A program made the translations under genes and the position numbers. The notes under the pieces are model-generated. The model did not search any database, had not been told where the DNA came from, and was given only the letters and a program-made list of their open reading frames with translations. Below are positions 20,133 to 30,777 of a stretch of DNA of 64,000 nucleotides, piece by piece. The stretch is from the NCBI GenBank assembly GCA_965204345.1, contig OZ241981.1, positions 1,440,001 to 1,504,000 on the forward strand, written 5' to 3'. This DNA comes from Nitrosopumilus sp. (GTDB lineage Archaea > Thermoproteota > Nitrososphaeria > Nitrososphaerales > Nitrosopumilaceae). Numbering within the stretch: the stretch's first letter is position 1; the number at the start of each line of letters is the position of its first letter.

Positions 20133-20510
20133 TTATTCTTGTGTTGTTCCACATTCAGGACAGAACTTTGCAGTAGCTGATAAACTAGTTCCACATTCAG
20201 AACAAAAGTTTCCATTTGGAATTTGCTCATTGTATGCATTTCCAACGTTTGCTGAGCTTTTTACTGCTCCTGATGGTACGTATGTATCATCATCAATTAA
20301 TACAGGTTCAAAGTCTTGTTCTGTCAAAAATGTCATCATTCTTGGAATTCCTTTGCCATCATTTTTTGGATCTGGTACCGAATCACCCAGCCAGAATGCA
20401 AATCTCATCAGGGTCAACTCCGGAGTAGAGAATGCCAGTGTATGTTTTGACATGTACTCTTGTGCCGCTTTTTTGCCGTCAAACACTTCCATGAGGATGG
20501 TATTTTTCAT
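20133..20510 (-). CDS. Zinc-ribbon protein
   Basis: C-terminal FCSECG...FCPECG. Confidence 0.75.
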   Translation of the reverse strand: MKNTILMEVFDGKKAAQEYMSKHTLAFSTPELTLMRFAFWLGDSVPDPKNDGKGIPRMMTFLTEQDFEPVLIDDDTYVPSGAVKSSANVGNAYNEQIPNGNFCSECGTSLSATAKFCPECGTTQE

Positions 20511-20535
20511 TTATGTATAATAGTTTATGCGAAAG

Positions 20536-20607
20536 TGGACCGGGAGGGAATCGAACCCTCGACATCCTCGTTGCGAACGAGGCATTATGCCCCTAAACCA
20601 CCGGCCC
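20536..20607 (-). tRNA. tRNA-Ala(CGC)
   Basis: GGGCCGG/CCGGTCC acceptor stem with G3:U70, anticodon arm CCTCG-TTCGCAA-CGAGG, GTTCGA T-loop. Confidence 0.95.
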
Positions 20608-20681
20608 CCAAATTACCTCTTTGGGTTGTTCTTTTATTCATTTTCTCAACGCATAATAGCCTCAATCAGCATGATTTCCAT

Positions 20682-22073
20682 ATGACCTATGACACTGTAA
20701 TTGCTGATTCACACGTTATTTTACCCATGGGAATGGTTGAAAAAAATATCATAATTGATGAGGGAAAAATTGTGGGACTCTCCTCTGATGTCCCTGCATG
20801 TGAGAATAAAATTAATGGTCTTGGCCTAGTTTCAGTTCCAGGACCAATTGACACTCATGTTCATTATGGGGTTTACTCTCCAATTAATCAAGCCGCAAAA
20901 ACTGAATCTCATGCTGCGGCAATCGGTGGAATTACCACAATGATGCGAATGCTCAGATTAGGCGATCCATTCTCTAATTCTTTGCAAGCTCAGATAGATT
21001 CTTCATCTGAAAATCATTATGTCGATTACGCAATGCATGCCTCAATTTTTACACCGCAGCAAATCAGTGAGATGGATCTCTGTGTGGAAAAAGGGATTAC
21101 TTCGTTTAAAATTTACATGAATCTTGGCGGCGATGTCGGTCATGTGTATATGGATATGCCGCCAAATTCACCAAGTCTTATTGCAGCCCAAGTGGATGTC
21201 ACTGATGAAATAGTTGAACAAACGGTAAAGACTGCTGCAAAACTTGGATGCCCCGTACTAGTTCATGCTGAGGATTATGAGTCATGCGGATGTGGAATTA
21301 AGACTGCAAAAGAAAAAAAACAGGATGGACTTTCTGCATGGTCTTCTAGTCGTTCCCCAGAGTCCGAGGCTAAAGCAATAAAAACTGTATCCCAATTTGG
21401 TAGGGATTATGGCTGTGTGATTTATTTTGTACATATTGGTTCTCAACGTGCGCTAAAACAAATTGAAGAGGAGAAAAAACTTGGAACAAGAATCTTTGTA
21501 GAAACATGCCCGCACTATCTAACATTATCTTATGAGAGGCAATCCGGATATCTTGCCAAAGTAATGCCTCCTATTAGAACTGAAAATGATCGTAAAGCTG
21601 TTTGGAATGCTCTATCAAATAATTTCATTGATACGATAGGAACTGATCATGTTGCAAACCAACTCAAACTAAAACTTGAAGGAGACGATGTGTGGAGTGC
21701 ACTTGCAGGCTTTCCTGGGATTGGAACTGTTATCCCAATCTTACTTAATGATGGTGTGAATCAACACAAAATCACACTAGAACAGTTTGTCCATTTTACC
21801 AGTCATAATGCTGCCCGAATCTTTGGAATGTACCCTCAAAAGGGCACTCTTGAAAGAGGCTCTGATGCTGATGTTCTCCTCATAGACTTGAAAAAAGAAA
21901 AAAAAGTGACATCTGAACTGTTTGGCGGCTTTTCTGACTATATTGTATATGAAGGAAGAAGTCTGACCGGATGGCCTATCAAAACAATAGTTCGGGGAGA
22001 ACTAGTTGCTGATAACTTTGAGGTGGTTGGGAAATTAGGTCATGGCAAACTAGTTAAAAGAAAGGTCAGCTAG
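20682..22073 (+). CDS. Cyclic amidohydrolase (dihydroorotase/dihydropyrimidinase/allantoinase family)
   Basis: IDTHVH, SFKIYM, VHAED, ETCPHYL, PPIR, GTDH; start moved to ATG 20682, downstream of the tRNA. Confidence 0.85.
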   Translation: MTYDTVIADSHVILPMGMVEKNIIIDEGKIVGLSSDVPACENKINGLGLVSVPGPIDTHVHYGVYSPINQAAKTESHAAAIGGITTMMRMLRLGDPFSNSLQAQIDSSSENHYVDYAMHASIFTPQQISEMDLCVEKGITSFKIYMNLGGDVGHVYMDMPPNSPSLIAAQVDVTDEIVEQTVKTAAKLGCPVLVHAEDYESCGCGIKTAKEKKQDGLSAWSSSRSPESEAKAIKTVSQFGRDYGCVIYFVHIGSQRALKQIEEEKKLGTRIFVETCPHYLTLSYERQSGYLAKVMPPIRTENDRKAVWNALSNNFIDTIGTDHVANQLKLKLEGDDVWSALAGFPGIGTVIPILLNDGVNQHKITLEQFVHFTSHNAARIFGMYPQKGTLERGSDADVLLIDLKKEKKVTSELFGGFSDYIVYEGRSLTGWPIKTIVRGELVADNFEVVGKLGHGKLVKRKVS

Positions 22074-22075
22074 TT

Positions 22076-22750
22076 TTAGACGATATCGTACTTGCCGTTT
22101 TCTTTAGCCCTGTAAATCACATCTGGTTTTTTAAGAAATATTCCTGATTCTAAAACTCCTGCTGTCTGTTTGATTTTTTGAGCTAGTGCTTTGGGATTTT
22201 TTATTATTCCAAAGTCACAATCCAAAATAATATTTCCATTTTCTGTAAAGAATGGATAGCCCCTATCCAATGAACGCACTTGTGCGATTCCACCCATCTT
22301 TTTTATTGATTTTGTAACTGAATTTCTTGCTAGTGGGTGGATTTCCACAGGAACTGTTCTATTGAAATTTTTTACAAACTTTGTCTTGTCTGCCATTACC
22401 ACAACTTTTTTTGCAAGACTAAACAGGATGTTTTCTCGCAATAATGCTCCTCCCCCTCCCTTGATTACATATTTTTGTGAATCAATCTGATCTGCACCAT
22501 CAAAAACAATGTCGATGTATTCTACTTGATCAGCCTCTACTAGTGGGATTCCTCCTTTTTCTGCAATTAATTTAATTTGTAATGATGTTGGAACTCCTTT
22601 AACATTGTATCCTTTGAGTTTGATTAGCTTTGAAAGTGACTTAACAAGCGCAGTTGCGGCTCGCCCGCTTCCCAACCCAATAACATAACCGTCTTTTACA
22701 AATTTTAATGCATCATTTGATAATGCCTTGATGGCATCATCGTATGTCAA
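22076..22750 (-). CDS. rpiA: Ribose-5-phosphate isomerase A
   Basis: GLGSG, DGADQ, IKGGGGALLRE, TENGN. Confidence 0.93.
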   Translation of the reverse strand: MTYDDAIKALSNDALKFVKDGYVIGLGSGRAATALVKSLSKLIKLKGYNVKGVPTSLQIKLIAEKGGIPLVEADQVEYIDIVFDGADQIDSQKYVIKGGGGALLRENILFSLAKKVVVMADKTKFVKNFNRTVPVEIHPLARNSVTKSIKKMGGIAQVRSLDRGYPFFTENGNIILDCDFGIIKNPKALAQKIKQTAGVLESGIFLKKPDVIYRAKENGKYDIV

Positions 22751-23692
22751 TTATTCTACCTCTGCTTGATCAATCTTTGACAATACTTTCATGATATCGC
22801 CCTTAATTTTATCCAAATCATCTGCATCATCATCATCATCAAAGTCATCATCTAATGTCGCTGATCTTTCTTTTATTGGTCCTGGCAGCGCCTTGTGTGC
22901 TGTAATTTTTGCAACTTCTTTATTGATATCTGGTCTTGTCTGAAGATTGATTTCAGAACTTTCTGCTACTGCTACTGACTGAACAATCCCAATTTTATCC
23001 TCAACTTTTGGTTTTGGCCGTCTAGTCTCTTGTACTATCTCTTCTTTTGGCTGTGACGCTGGTTTTCTGATTTGTTTTACTTGTTCTCCTTCAAATAACG
23101 GGAATTTCGGCTCTTTTCTTGAAATATTTGTTAACGTAGTCAATTCAAATGACTGTCTTGGTTTTGTTGGAGGAATCTCCACTGGGTTTATCTTGCTCCC
23201 TACAGGTTTCTCAAAGTCGAATACTTTGGGATGTTTTGGTTTTGACTCTTGTTTGGTTTCAGGCCTTGTTTTGGTCTGTGTTTGAACTTTTGGACTAGAT
23301 ATTTTTGATGAGAGTTCGTAGAGTCTATCGTCCAATTTTGATAATTTTTGATCCATCAATGTTATCAAGCCATCTCCTACCGGGCCCAAGTCCGGATGGC
23401 TACTTGCCTGTTCAAGTTTTTCTAGCTTGGCTAAAACAATTCCCAACTGATGCTGGTATTTTAATAACAATTTACCCTTTTGAACTTTGGAAAATTCAGA
23501 TTCTGCTTGATATAGCCTTGAAATAGTCTTGGTAAGAATGTCTTTTTCAATTCTTAATGAATTGATTTGGGTTTTAATGTGTGAACTTGCGCCAAGACTA
23601 AGCAATTGGTTTTTTTCTTTTGGCATTTTTCTTACAGCTGCTGCTGTGGCAACACCTGCTAATGAACTAAGAATTAAAACAATTTCTTGCAT
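22751..23692 (-). CDS. Hypothetical protein: N-terminal anchor, coiled coil, acidic tail
   Basis: Long ORF in the Lsm-rpl37e-rpiA run. Confidence 0.7.
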   Translation of the reverse strand: MQEIVLILSSLAGVATAAAVRKMPKEKNQLLSLGASSHIKTQINSLRIEKDILTKTISRLYQAESEFSKVQKGKLLLKYQHQLGIVLAKLEKLEQASSHPDLGPVGDGLITLMDQKLSKLDDRLYELSSKISSPKVQTQTKTRPETKQESKPKHPKVFDFEKPVGSKINPVEIPPTKPRQSFELTTLTNISRKEPKFPLFEGEQVKQIRKPASQPKEEIVQETRRPKPKVEDKIGIVQSVAVAESSEINLQTRPDINKEVAKITAHKALPGPIKERSATLDDDFDDDDDADDLDKIKGDIMKVLSKIDQAEVE

Positions 23693-23860
23693 CTATGTAT
23701 ACCATTTAATCCAGGAATATTTTCTGCGTTTGGCCTCTGGGTATCCACAACTTGCACATTGGTGGTGACGCTTGTGAAGTGAGTTTTTCCCACATCGTCT
23801 GCATCTGATGTGAACTTTCTTCTTTGTAAAACCACCCATCGAAGTTGTACCTTTTGTCAT
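23693..23860 (-). CDS. rpl37e: 50S ribosomal protein L37e (absent from ORF track)
   Basis: Manual translation [41 protein letters not shown]...; follows Lsm. Confidence 0.93.
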   Translation of the reverse strand: MTKGTTSMGGFTKKKVHIRCRRCGKNSLHKRHHQCASCGYPEAKRRKYSWIKWYT

Positions 23861-23870
23861 TGCAAATCAC

Positions 23871-24107
23871 CTAATTTTGTGCGGGTGGAGGAGATATCAT
23901 AACTACATTGTCTCCTCTAACTACAATGTTACCAAGGCTCTTAGACTCGCCCTCAGCGGGAATTTCCTCTGAAGAGTCAAGTAGCAGGTTCATGTGTTGG
24001 TCAAAACCTAGAAGATTGCCTCTAATGGTCTTGTTTCCTTTGAGTTTTATCAATACAACCTGATTGATACTCTCATCCAATACTTTTACTGCCATATCAA
24101 CGGACAT
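23871..24107 (-). CDS. Sm-like archaeal protein (Lsm/SmAP)
   Basis: [26 protein letters not shown]. Confidence 0.92.
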   Translation of the reverse strand: MSVDMAVKVLDESINQVVLIKLKGNKTIRGNLLGFDQHMNLLLDSSEEIPAEGESKSLGNIVVRGDNVVMISPPPAQN

Positions 24108-24164
24108 CTATTTCACTTATTGACTTGGATATCAAGGGATTATATTAAATTTCCATTGGTGAAA

Positions 24165-24887
24165 CTATGAGCTATGCTCAGTAAGGCAAGTTTGACACTT
24201 TTTTCCAAGATTTTTGACGATTTCAGCTAAAATCGTCTGTCCTTCTTTCTTTGTAGCTTTTCTTGGATCCCCCCAAATTCCATTTTTGGTTACTTTGGGA
24301 AATGATTTGTTTGCCTGTTTTCCAAGTTTTGATATTTCTTGCTTTGTCATTCCATCTGTAATCAGTCCTCTTTTAGCCAAATTCATCTTGACATTCTTTG
24401 AGATTGCCAGCATTAGTGATGTTTCCACAAATCCTGCATGGTCAAATTCCCTACCCATAAAATGCCAATATGATAACGGGAACACTTTGAGTTTGTTTTT
24501 TGAAATCTTTTTGAGATTAGCATCTAATTTTGATATTGGTCTTAGATTGCCATGATGACCATTAATTATGAAAACCGTTTTGATATTATTTGATAATAAT
24601 GATAGACACAAATCGACTAGCACTAGACGCAAAGTTGATTTTTTAATGCTGAGATTGAAAAAGGGTGCATGCTCATATGATACCCCGTAGTTGAGTGTGG
24701 GCAATAGCAGATATCCGTGTTTTTCTGATATCTTTGTTGCAATCCCTGTTACTATCTCCGAATCCGTTGATATTGGTAAATGTGGTCCATGCTGTTCAAT
24801 GGAGCCTACTGGAATCACTGCAACATGTTTTTTCCTTGATATTGATTTTCTAAGAATAGGATCAAACTGGGTCTTGATGCTCACCAT
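24165..24887 (-). CDS. Creatininase-family amidohydrolase (ArfB-like)
   Basis: PVGSIEQHGPHLP..TD, NGHHGN, HAGFVETS. Confidence 0.88.
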   Translation of the reverse strand: MVSIKTQFDPILRKSISRKKHVAVIPVGSIEQHGPHLPISTDSEIVTGIATKISEKHGYLLLPTLNYGVSYEHAPFFNLSIKKSTLRLVLVDLCLSLLSNNIKTVFIINGHHGNLRPISKLDANLKKISKNKLKVFPLSYWHFMGREFDHAGFVETSLMLAISKNVKMNLAKRGLITDGMTKQEISKLGKQANKSFPKVTKNGIWGDPRKATKKEGQTILAEIVKNLGKKCQTCLTEHSS

Positions 24888-24892
24888 CTAAT

Positions 24893-25735
24893 TCACTTTG
24901 CTTTAATGTGAACTTTTCTCCAACGAACCTCGAGCTTGTTCTCCAGATGCATTTTCATTGCCTTGAGCAACGTATCAGATTCTAATTTCTGTCCTTTTTC
25001 TTTCATTTGTTCTAATGTATCACTTGGATCTACTTTAAATGAATCCTGGAATATAATTGGTCCTTGATCCAGGTTTTCTGTTACATAGTGAGCTGTTACA
25101 CCAACAATTTTTGTACCCCTCTCAAAGGCTTGCGCATATGCTGAAGCTCCTGGAAACGCAGGAAGTAATGACGGATGAATGTTAATTATTCTATTTGGAT
25201 ATCTCCAAACGAAATTAGGGCTAAGGATTCTCATATATCTTGCAAGTGATATTAAATCAATGTCATATTTTTTACATACCTGAATAATTTTCTCTTCTGC
25301 CTTATCCTGAATTTTTTCCTCTATTAGTACAAATGGAATTTTGGCCCTTTTTGCCAATGACTCTAACGTTTTCTCCGTACCAACAATTACTGAAATTTTT
25401 CCTTTAAGTGATCTTGAATTTGCAAGGATTGTTTGAAGACACAGCGGTTCTTTAGTTACTAGTACTGCGATATTTTTCTGTAAATTTGTTTCATGATGGG
25501 TACTTACGTCCATCTTTTCTTTTTTTGCCAAACTTTGAATGTCCGAGTCAAATTTTTTTACATTTACTGCCCTTGAGAATGATACCTCTAGATACATGCC
25601 AAAAAGACCTTTGATTACGTTTTGATTTACTTTCTCAATGTTTCCTCCTTTGGAAAATGCAAAGTTTGTAAATGTGGCCACAATTCCTTCTCTGTCTTTG
25701 CCAACCACCGTAATGCCAACTACTATCCTTTTCAT
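24893..25735 (-). CDS. purU: Formyltetrahydrofolate deformylase
   Basis: ACT domain, LARYMRILS, INIHPSLLPAFPG, LDQGPII. Confidence 0.9.
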   Translation of the reverse strand: MKRIVVGITVVGKDREGIVATFTNFAFSKGGNIEKVNQNVIKGLFGMYLEVSFSRAVNVKKFDSDIQSLAKKEKMDVSTHHETNLQKNIAVLVTKEPLCLQTILANSRSLKGKISVIVGTEKTLESLAKRAKIPFVLIEEKIQDKAEEKIIQVCKKYDIDLISLARYMRILSPNFVWRYPNRIINIHPSLLPAFPGASAYAQAFERGTKIVGVTAHYVTENLDQGPIIFQDSFKVDPSDTLEQMKEKGQKLESDTLLKAMKMHLENKLEVRWRKVHIKAK

Positions 25736-25788
25736 GACTTTGTTTGATGAGGATTTTCTCATTATTAATCATTCACAGAAACTAATGG

Positions 25789-25873
25789 TGCGGGAGGTGG
25801 GATTCGAACCCACGAACTCCTAAGAGATAGGGTCCTAAACCCTACGCCTTTGACCAGGCTGGGCGACTCCCGC
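25789..25873 (-). tRNA. tRNA-Leu(TAG)
   Basis: GCGGGAG/CTCCCGC stem, loop TTTAGGA, long variable arm; CCA encoded at 25786-25788. Confidence 0.95.
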
Positions 25874-25922
25874 AACGGATTTGCCAATAAACACAAATTT
25901 ATCTATTATTGCACACAGTATC

Positions 25923-27269
25923 ATGGCAAAATTTTTTGGAACTAACGGAATCCGTGGCGTTTTTGATGAAGATTTTACATTGGAATTTGTTCACGATATG
26001 ACATTGGCAATTGGAACTTACTTTGGAAAAGGACCCGTGTTAATCGGCTATGATGGCAGGGATTCAAGCCCTGCTATTTGTAAAGTTGTTAGTTCCGCTC
26101 TTAATTCTATTGGAATAGATTGCAAAGTTGCAGGCCTTGTTCCTACTCCGTGCCTTGAATTTGCAGTAAAATCTTTGGGATATTCTGGTGGAATGATGAT
26201 TACTGCATCACATAACCCACCACAATATAATGGAATTAAACCTGCTGCAAAAGACGGAGTTGAGATTTCACGTGAAGACGAACTAGTAATTGAAAATATC
26301 TACTTACAAAAAAAATGGCCAGATACCAAAAAATGGGGAAATACCGGAACTGACAACAGAACAATTGCAACATATCTTGATGGAATTATCTCCAACATTG
26401 ATTCCAAACTAATAGAATCAAAACATTTCAAGGTTGTTTTGGATTTGGGTAATGGTGCCCAAGCGGTATCCGCGCCTGATTTTTGTAAAATGTTAAAGTG
26501 TGAAACATTCCTCATCAATCAAAACGTTGATGGTTCGTTTTCAGGGCGTGGGTCAGAACCAACGCCACAAAATCTTTCAGAACTATCAAAAACAGTTATA
26601 GAAAATAATGCAGATATAGGAATTGCATTTGATGGCGATGGAGATCGAAGTATTTTCTGTGACAACAATGGTAATATTTTAACTGGGGACAGGTCTGCCC
26701 TAGTACTGGTTCGGCATTTGCTGAAAAAAAATCCAGATTCTTTGGTTGTAACTTGTTTGAATTCCGGTTCTAGCATTGAAGTTTTGGCTGATAAATTTAA
26801 TTCAAAAGTTATTCGGACCAAAGTTGGCAGTGTTGAGGTCTCACGGAAAATGGTTCAAACTGACGCACTAATTGGATTTGAGGAGAATGGAGGTTTCATG
26901 TATGGAGAGCATAATCAGGTTAGAGATGGATGTATGACTTTGGCATTGATGCTTGATCTTTTGGCCGCCTCTGAGAAATCCATATCCGAAGAGATTGCCA
27001 GTTTGCCTCCTTCTTTTACAACTAAAGACAAAATTGCTTGTTCTTCTGATAAAGTAGAAAATTTGATTTCTACATTAAAGGAAGAATTCCCAAATTCTGA
27101 TACCACTGATGGCATCAAGATTTCCATTGATCCTAAAAATTGGGTTATGATCAGACCCAGTGGTACAGAACCCATTGTTAGGGTCTATGCAGAATCTGAA
27201 AGTCAGGAGAAACTAGATACCTTACTGTCTGAATATCTTCAAAAAGTCAACTCTATAATTTCCAGATAA
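25923..27269 (+). CDS. Phosphohexomutase (phosphoglucosamine mutase/PMM family)
   Basis: FGTNGIRG, TASHNP, DGDGDR, RPSGTEP. Confidence 0.92.
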   Translation: MAKFFGTNGIRGVFDEDFTLEFVHDMTLAIGTYFGKGPVLIGYDGRDSSPAICKVVSSALNSIGIDCKVAGLVPTPCLEFAVKSLGYSGGMMITASHNPPQYNGIKPAAKDGVEISREDELVIENIYLQKKWPDTKKWGNTGTDNRTIATYLDGIISNIDSKLIESKHFKVVLDLGNGAQAVSAPDFCKMLKCETFLINQNVDGSFSGRGSEPTPQNLSELSKTVIENNADIGIAFDGDGDRSIFCDNNGNILTGDRSALVLVRHLLKKNPDSLVVTCLNSGSSIEVLADKFNSKVIRTKVGSVEVSRKMVQTDALIGFEENGGFMYGEHNQVRDGCMTLALMLDLLAASEKSISEEIASLPPSFTTKDKIACSSDKVENLISTLKEEFPNSDTTDGIKISIDPKNWVMIRPSGTEPIVRVYAESESQEKLDTLLSEYLQKVNSIISR

Positions 27270-27306
27270 CACTTTTAAAACCAAACTCATCGATGGATAG
27301 AATGGA

Positions 27307-27328
27307 GAATGAACCCCTAGGGTGACGA
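27307..27328 (+). promoter_or_regulatory. Putative kink-turn/K-loop in the rpl7ae 5' UTR overlapping the SD
   Basis: GAATGAA-CCC-CTA-GGG-TGACGA directly before the ATG, with the GGTGA SD inside the stem. Confidence 0.5.
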
Positions 27329-27331
27329 AGT

Positions 27332-27718
27332 ATGGGAAAAGCATATTATGTTAAATTTGAAACGCCAGAGGATCTCATAAATCCAATTTTGGAAGCCGTT
27401 AGAGTAGCATCAACTAGCGGTAAGGTCAAAAAAGGGACCAATGAGGCAACCAAGGCAATTGAACGTGGTACCAGCAAGCTAATTGTTATCGCCGAAGATG
27501 TTGAACCACCAGAGGTAGTGGCACATCTTCCAATTCTATGTGAGGAACAGGGTGTTGCATATGCATTTGTACCAAGCAGACAGGAATTAGGAAGTTCATT
27601 GGGTATTGACATTACTTCTGCCGCTGCAGCAATTTTGGATGCCGGTGATGCACAACACATTGTAGACCAAGTTGTCGCAGCCATTGCTAAAATTAAAGGC
27701 GGTAAGACCGAAGAATGA
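27332..27718 (+). CDS. rpl7ae: 50S ribosomal protein L7Ae
   Basis: [29 protein letters not shown]. Confidence 0.96.
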   Translation: MGKAYYVKFETPEDLINPILEAVRVASTSGKVKKGTNEATKAIERGTSKLIVIAEDVEPPEVVAHLPILCEEQGVAYAFVPSRQELGSSLGIDITSAAAAILDAGDAQHIVDQVVAAIAKIKGGKTEE

Positions 27719-27927
27719 GTGCAACAACTGACGAAGTAGTTCAATCTGAAATTATTCAAATTGTTGGCAGAACCGGCATTGCTGGCGAAGTCATTCAAGT
27801 TAGAGTTAAAGTTCTTACTGGAAAGGATAAAGGAAGAATTCTTACCAGAAACGTCAAAGGTTCTATTAGGTCTGGGGAAATCTTGATGTTAAGAGAAACA
27901 GAGAGAGAAGCAAAGAAAATCAAGTAG
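27715..27927 (+). CDS. rps28e: 30S ribosomal protein S28e
   Basis: [23 protein letters not shown]. Confidence 0.95.
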   Translation: MSATTDEVVQSEIIQIVGRTGIAGEVIQVRVKVLTGKDKGRILTRNVKGSIRSGEILMLRETEREAKKIK

Positions 27928-27938
27928 CAGGTGTTTAG

Positions 27939-28139
27939 ATGAGTCTTTTAGTTAAACCATGTAATTTCTGTGATAGGCCAGTTGCCAAAGGTTCCGGTAC
28001 AATGTATGCTAAAAATGACGGAACCGTTCAGTGGTTCTGCTCTGCAAAATGTAAAAAAAATGCACTAGTCCTAAAGCGTGATCCAAGGAAATTAAAATGG
28101 ACAAAAAAATACGTTAAAGGCGGAATTAAAAAGAAGTAA
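27939..28139 (+). CDS. rpl24e: 50S ribosomal protein L24e
   Basis: CNFC...G.G...FCSAKC...PRKLKWT. Confidence 0.95.
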   Translation: MSLLVKPCNFCDRPVAKGSGTMYAKNDGTVQWFCSAKCKKNALVLKRDPRKLKWTKKYVKGGIKKK

Positions 28140-28141
28140 AA

Positions 28142-28543
28142 TTGACTGAGCAATCACTATTCATTGTAAAACCAGATGCTGTATCTAGAAACCTAGTTGG
28201 CGAAGTTGTATCCAGATTTGAAAGAAAAGGATTCAAAATATTAAAACTAAAGATGTTTACATTTACTCAAGCACAGGCAGAGAACTTTTACGGTGTACAC
28301 AAAGACAAACCGTTCTTTGGCGAACTGACATCATTTATCACATCAGGTCCTGTAGTAGCTGCAGTTATTGAAGGAAACAATGCAATTGCCACTACACGAA
28401 TAATGATTGGTGCAACCAAGTCATTTGAAGCAGACCCTGGTTCCATTAGAGGCGACTTTGGATTAGGATTCAGTGAAAATATCATTCATGCGTCTGATTC
28501 ACAAGAAAGTTTTGATCACGAATCGAGGGTAGCATTTGAGTGA
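28142..28543 (+). CDS. ndk: Nucleoside diphosphate kinase
   Basis: [20 protein letters not shown]. Confidence 0.95.
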   Translation: MTEQSLFIVKPDAVSRNLVGEVVSRFERKGFKILKLKMFTFTQAQAENFYGVHKDKPFFGELTSFITSGPVVAAVIEGNNAIATTRIMIGATKSFEADPGSIRGDFGLGFSENIIHASDSQESFDHESRVAFE

Positions 28544-28549
28544 TCTGAT

Positions 28550-30331
28550 TTGCAAATCCGTCAGCCCATAGTGGCAGTTCTTGGTCACGTAGACTCTGGA
28601 AAAACGTCTCTTTTAGATAGAATACGTGGTACTGGTGTTCAAGGTAGAGAAGCTGGGGGAATTACCCAGCATATAGGTGCGAGTTTTCTTCCAACTGAAA
28701 CAATTAAAGAAACATGTGGTCAACTATACAAAAAACTTGAAGAATCAGAGAACAAAGTTCCTGGATTACTAGTAATTGATACTCCTGGCCACGAAGTATT
28801 TACAAATCTTCGCTCTAGAGGCGGCTCTGCTGCTGACATTGCAATACTGGTAGTTGATGTAAATCGTGGATTTCAACCACAAACAAATGAGAGCCTGAAA
28901 ATTTTACAGAACAGAAAGGTTCCATTTGTCGTTGCACTAAACAAATGTGATCAAATATCCGGATGGCGAAAATCCGACACCAAGTTCATTTCACATGCAA
29001 TCAAGGAACAAGATGCATCCATTCAAACTGATTTAGATCAAAAAATTTACGATGTTGTAGGCACATTATCCATTCTAGGTTACAAATCTGAGGCGTTTTA
29101 TCGTGTTGAGGACTTTAAGTCAGAAATTGCCATTGTTCCAATATCTGCAAGGTCCGGAGTTGGCGTGCCTGAATTACTTGGTGTTTTAGTTGGTCTGACC
29201 CAACAATATCTTCAAAAAAGATTAGATCAGCAAGAAAAAGAACCTCGTGGAATAGTTCTTGAAGTCAAAGACGAGGTTGGGTTGGGCCAAACTGCAAATG
29301 TTATACTGATTGATGGTACCATCAAGAAGGAAAACAGCATAGTTGTTGCAAAACGTGATGCAGTCATTGTTACAAAACCCAAAGCACTACTCTTGCCAAA
29401 ACCTCTTGATGAAATGCGTGATCCTAGAGATAAATTCAAGCCTGTTCCCCTAGTAGTTGCAGCAGCTGGCTTGAAAATTGCATCACCTGAACTTGAAGGC
29501 GTACTTCCAGGAAGTACCCTTTATGTTGCATCAAATGACGAAGAGGTTGACAAATTCAGCAAACTTATCGAATCTGAAATGCAATCGATGTTTATTGATA
29601 CTGAAACTAATGGAGTTATTCTAAAGTGTGATACTATAGGATCACTTGAGGCTATAGTTGAGATGCTCAAGCGCTCTCAAGTGCCTGTTGCAAAAGCCGA
29701 CATTGGTCCCGTAAACAGACGGGATGTAATAGAGGCAAAAGCAATCAAAGAAAATGATAGGCATTTGGGAATTGTTCTAGCCTTTAATGTCAAAATATTA
29801 CCTGATGCAAAGGAAGAATCAGAGGCAAGTCACATAAAATTATTTGAAGACAAAGTAATTTACAGTTTAATTGACAGTTACAACGCTTGGGTAGAGGAGG
29901 ATTCTGCAAATCAAGAAGATGCAATCTTTTCAGAATTTACCCCAATTTCAAAATTTTCATTTATGAAGGGCATGGTGTTTAGAAACAACAATCCTGCAGT
30001 TTTTGGCGTGCATGTGGATGTTGGGAATCTGAAACATAAAATTCCCTTTATGAATATGGCAGGACGTAAGGTTGGTTACATACACCAGCTTCAACTAGAC
30101 AAAAAAACCGTATCCTCTGCAAAGACAGGTGATGAGGTTGCATGTTCTGTCAAAGATGTTACCATTGGCAGACAGATCTTTGAAGAAGAAGTTTATTATA
30201 CATTTCCTCCATCTCATGAGGCCAAGCAAATTCTAAACAGGTTTATGCACAAGCTGAGTCCCGAAGAACAACAAGTATTCAATGATATTGTTAGGATTCA
30301 AAGAGAGATTGAACCTGTTTATGGCTACTAG
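28550..30331 (+). CDS. infB: Translation initiation factor aIF5B
   Basis: GHVDSGKT, EAGGITQHIGA, DTPGHE, NKCD. Confidence 0.96.
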   Translation: MQIRQPIVAVLGHVDSGKTSLLDRIRGTGVQGREAGGITQHIGASFLPTETIKETCGQLYKKLEESENKVPGLLVIDTPGHEVFTNLRSRGGSAADIAILVVDVNRGFQPQTNESLKILQNRKVPFVVALNKCDQISGWRKSDTKFISHAIKEQDASIQTDLDQKIYDVVGTLSILGYKSEAFYRVEDFKSEIAIVPISARSGVGVPELLGVLVGLTQQYLQKRLDQQEKEPRGIVLEVKDEVGLGQTANVILIDGTIKKENSIVVAKRDAVIVTKPKALLLPKPLDEMRDPRDKFKPVPLVVAAAGLKIASPELEGVLPGSTLYVASNDEEVDKFSKLIESEMQSMFIDTETNGVILKCDTIGSLEAIVEMLKRSQVPVAKADIGPVNRRDVIEAKAIKENDRHLGIVLAFNVKILPDAKEESEASHIKLFEDKVIYSLIDSYNAWVEEDSANQEDAIFSEFTPISKFSFMKGMVFRNNNPAVFGVHVDVGNLKHKIPFMNMAGRKVGYIHQLQLDKKTVSSAKTGDEVACSVKDVTIGRQIFEEEVYYTFPPSHEAKQILNRFMHKLSPEEQQVFNDIVRIQREIEPVYGY

Positions 30332-30733
30332 CTAACTAGAGTGCTTTTTACAAATCATATGAATTCCGGGAGCGCCTACTGCACCCATCATTTTGTCTAC
30401 AATTTGACCTGATTTGAACATGATGAATGTTGGAATCGACTGAACTGCAAATCTCATAGAAATGCCTTGATTTTGATCAACATTGACTCTTGCAAATTTT
30501 ACATTTGGATACTTTTTTGACAAGCTCTCAAAGACTGGATGCATTGATTTGCATGGGCCACACCACTCTGCCCAAAAATCTACCAATGTTGGATTCTCAG
30601 CAGATGTCACTTGATCAAAATTAGAGTCATTCAAATCTATAATTTCCGGCTCAGTTTTGGGCTCTGGTTTTGGCCTTAGCATCTCCTCCATCTTTTTTTG
30701 CATAATTTTTGCAATTTCTGGATCTTCGGACAA
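30332..30733 (-). CDS. Thioredoxin with N-terminal extension
   Basis: WCGPC. Confidence 0.9.
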   Translation of the reverse strand: MSEDPEIAKIMQKKMEEMLRPKPEPKTEPEIIDLNDSNFDQVTSAENPTLVDFWAEWCGPCKSMHPVFESLSKKYPNVKFARVNVDQNQGISMRFAVQSIPTFIMFKSGQIVDKMMGAVGAPGIHMICKKHSS

Positions 30734-30777
30734 TACCTGTCCAAAACTGTCTTTACTAAAAAATCTATGTTGAAAAG

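Noticed and set aside
20460-20681. N-terminal extension of the amidohydrolase ORF
   Set aside because: It runs across tRNA-Ala and another gene's start; ATG 20682 is the plausible start.
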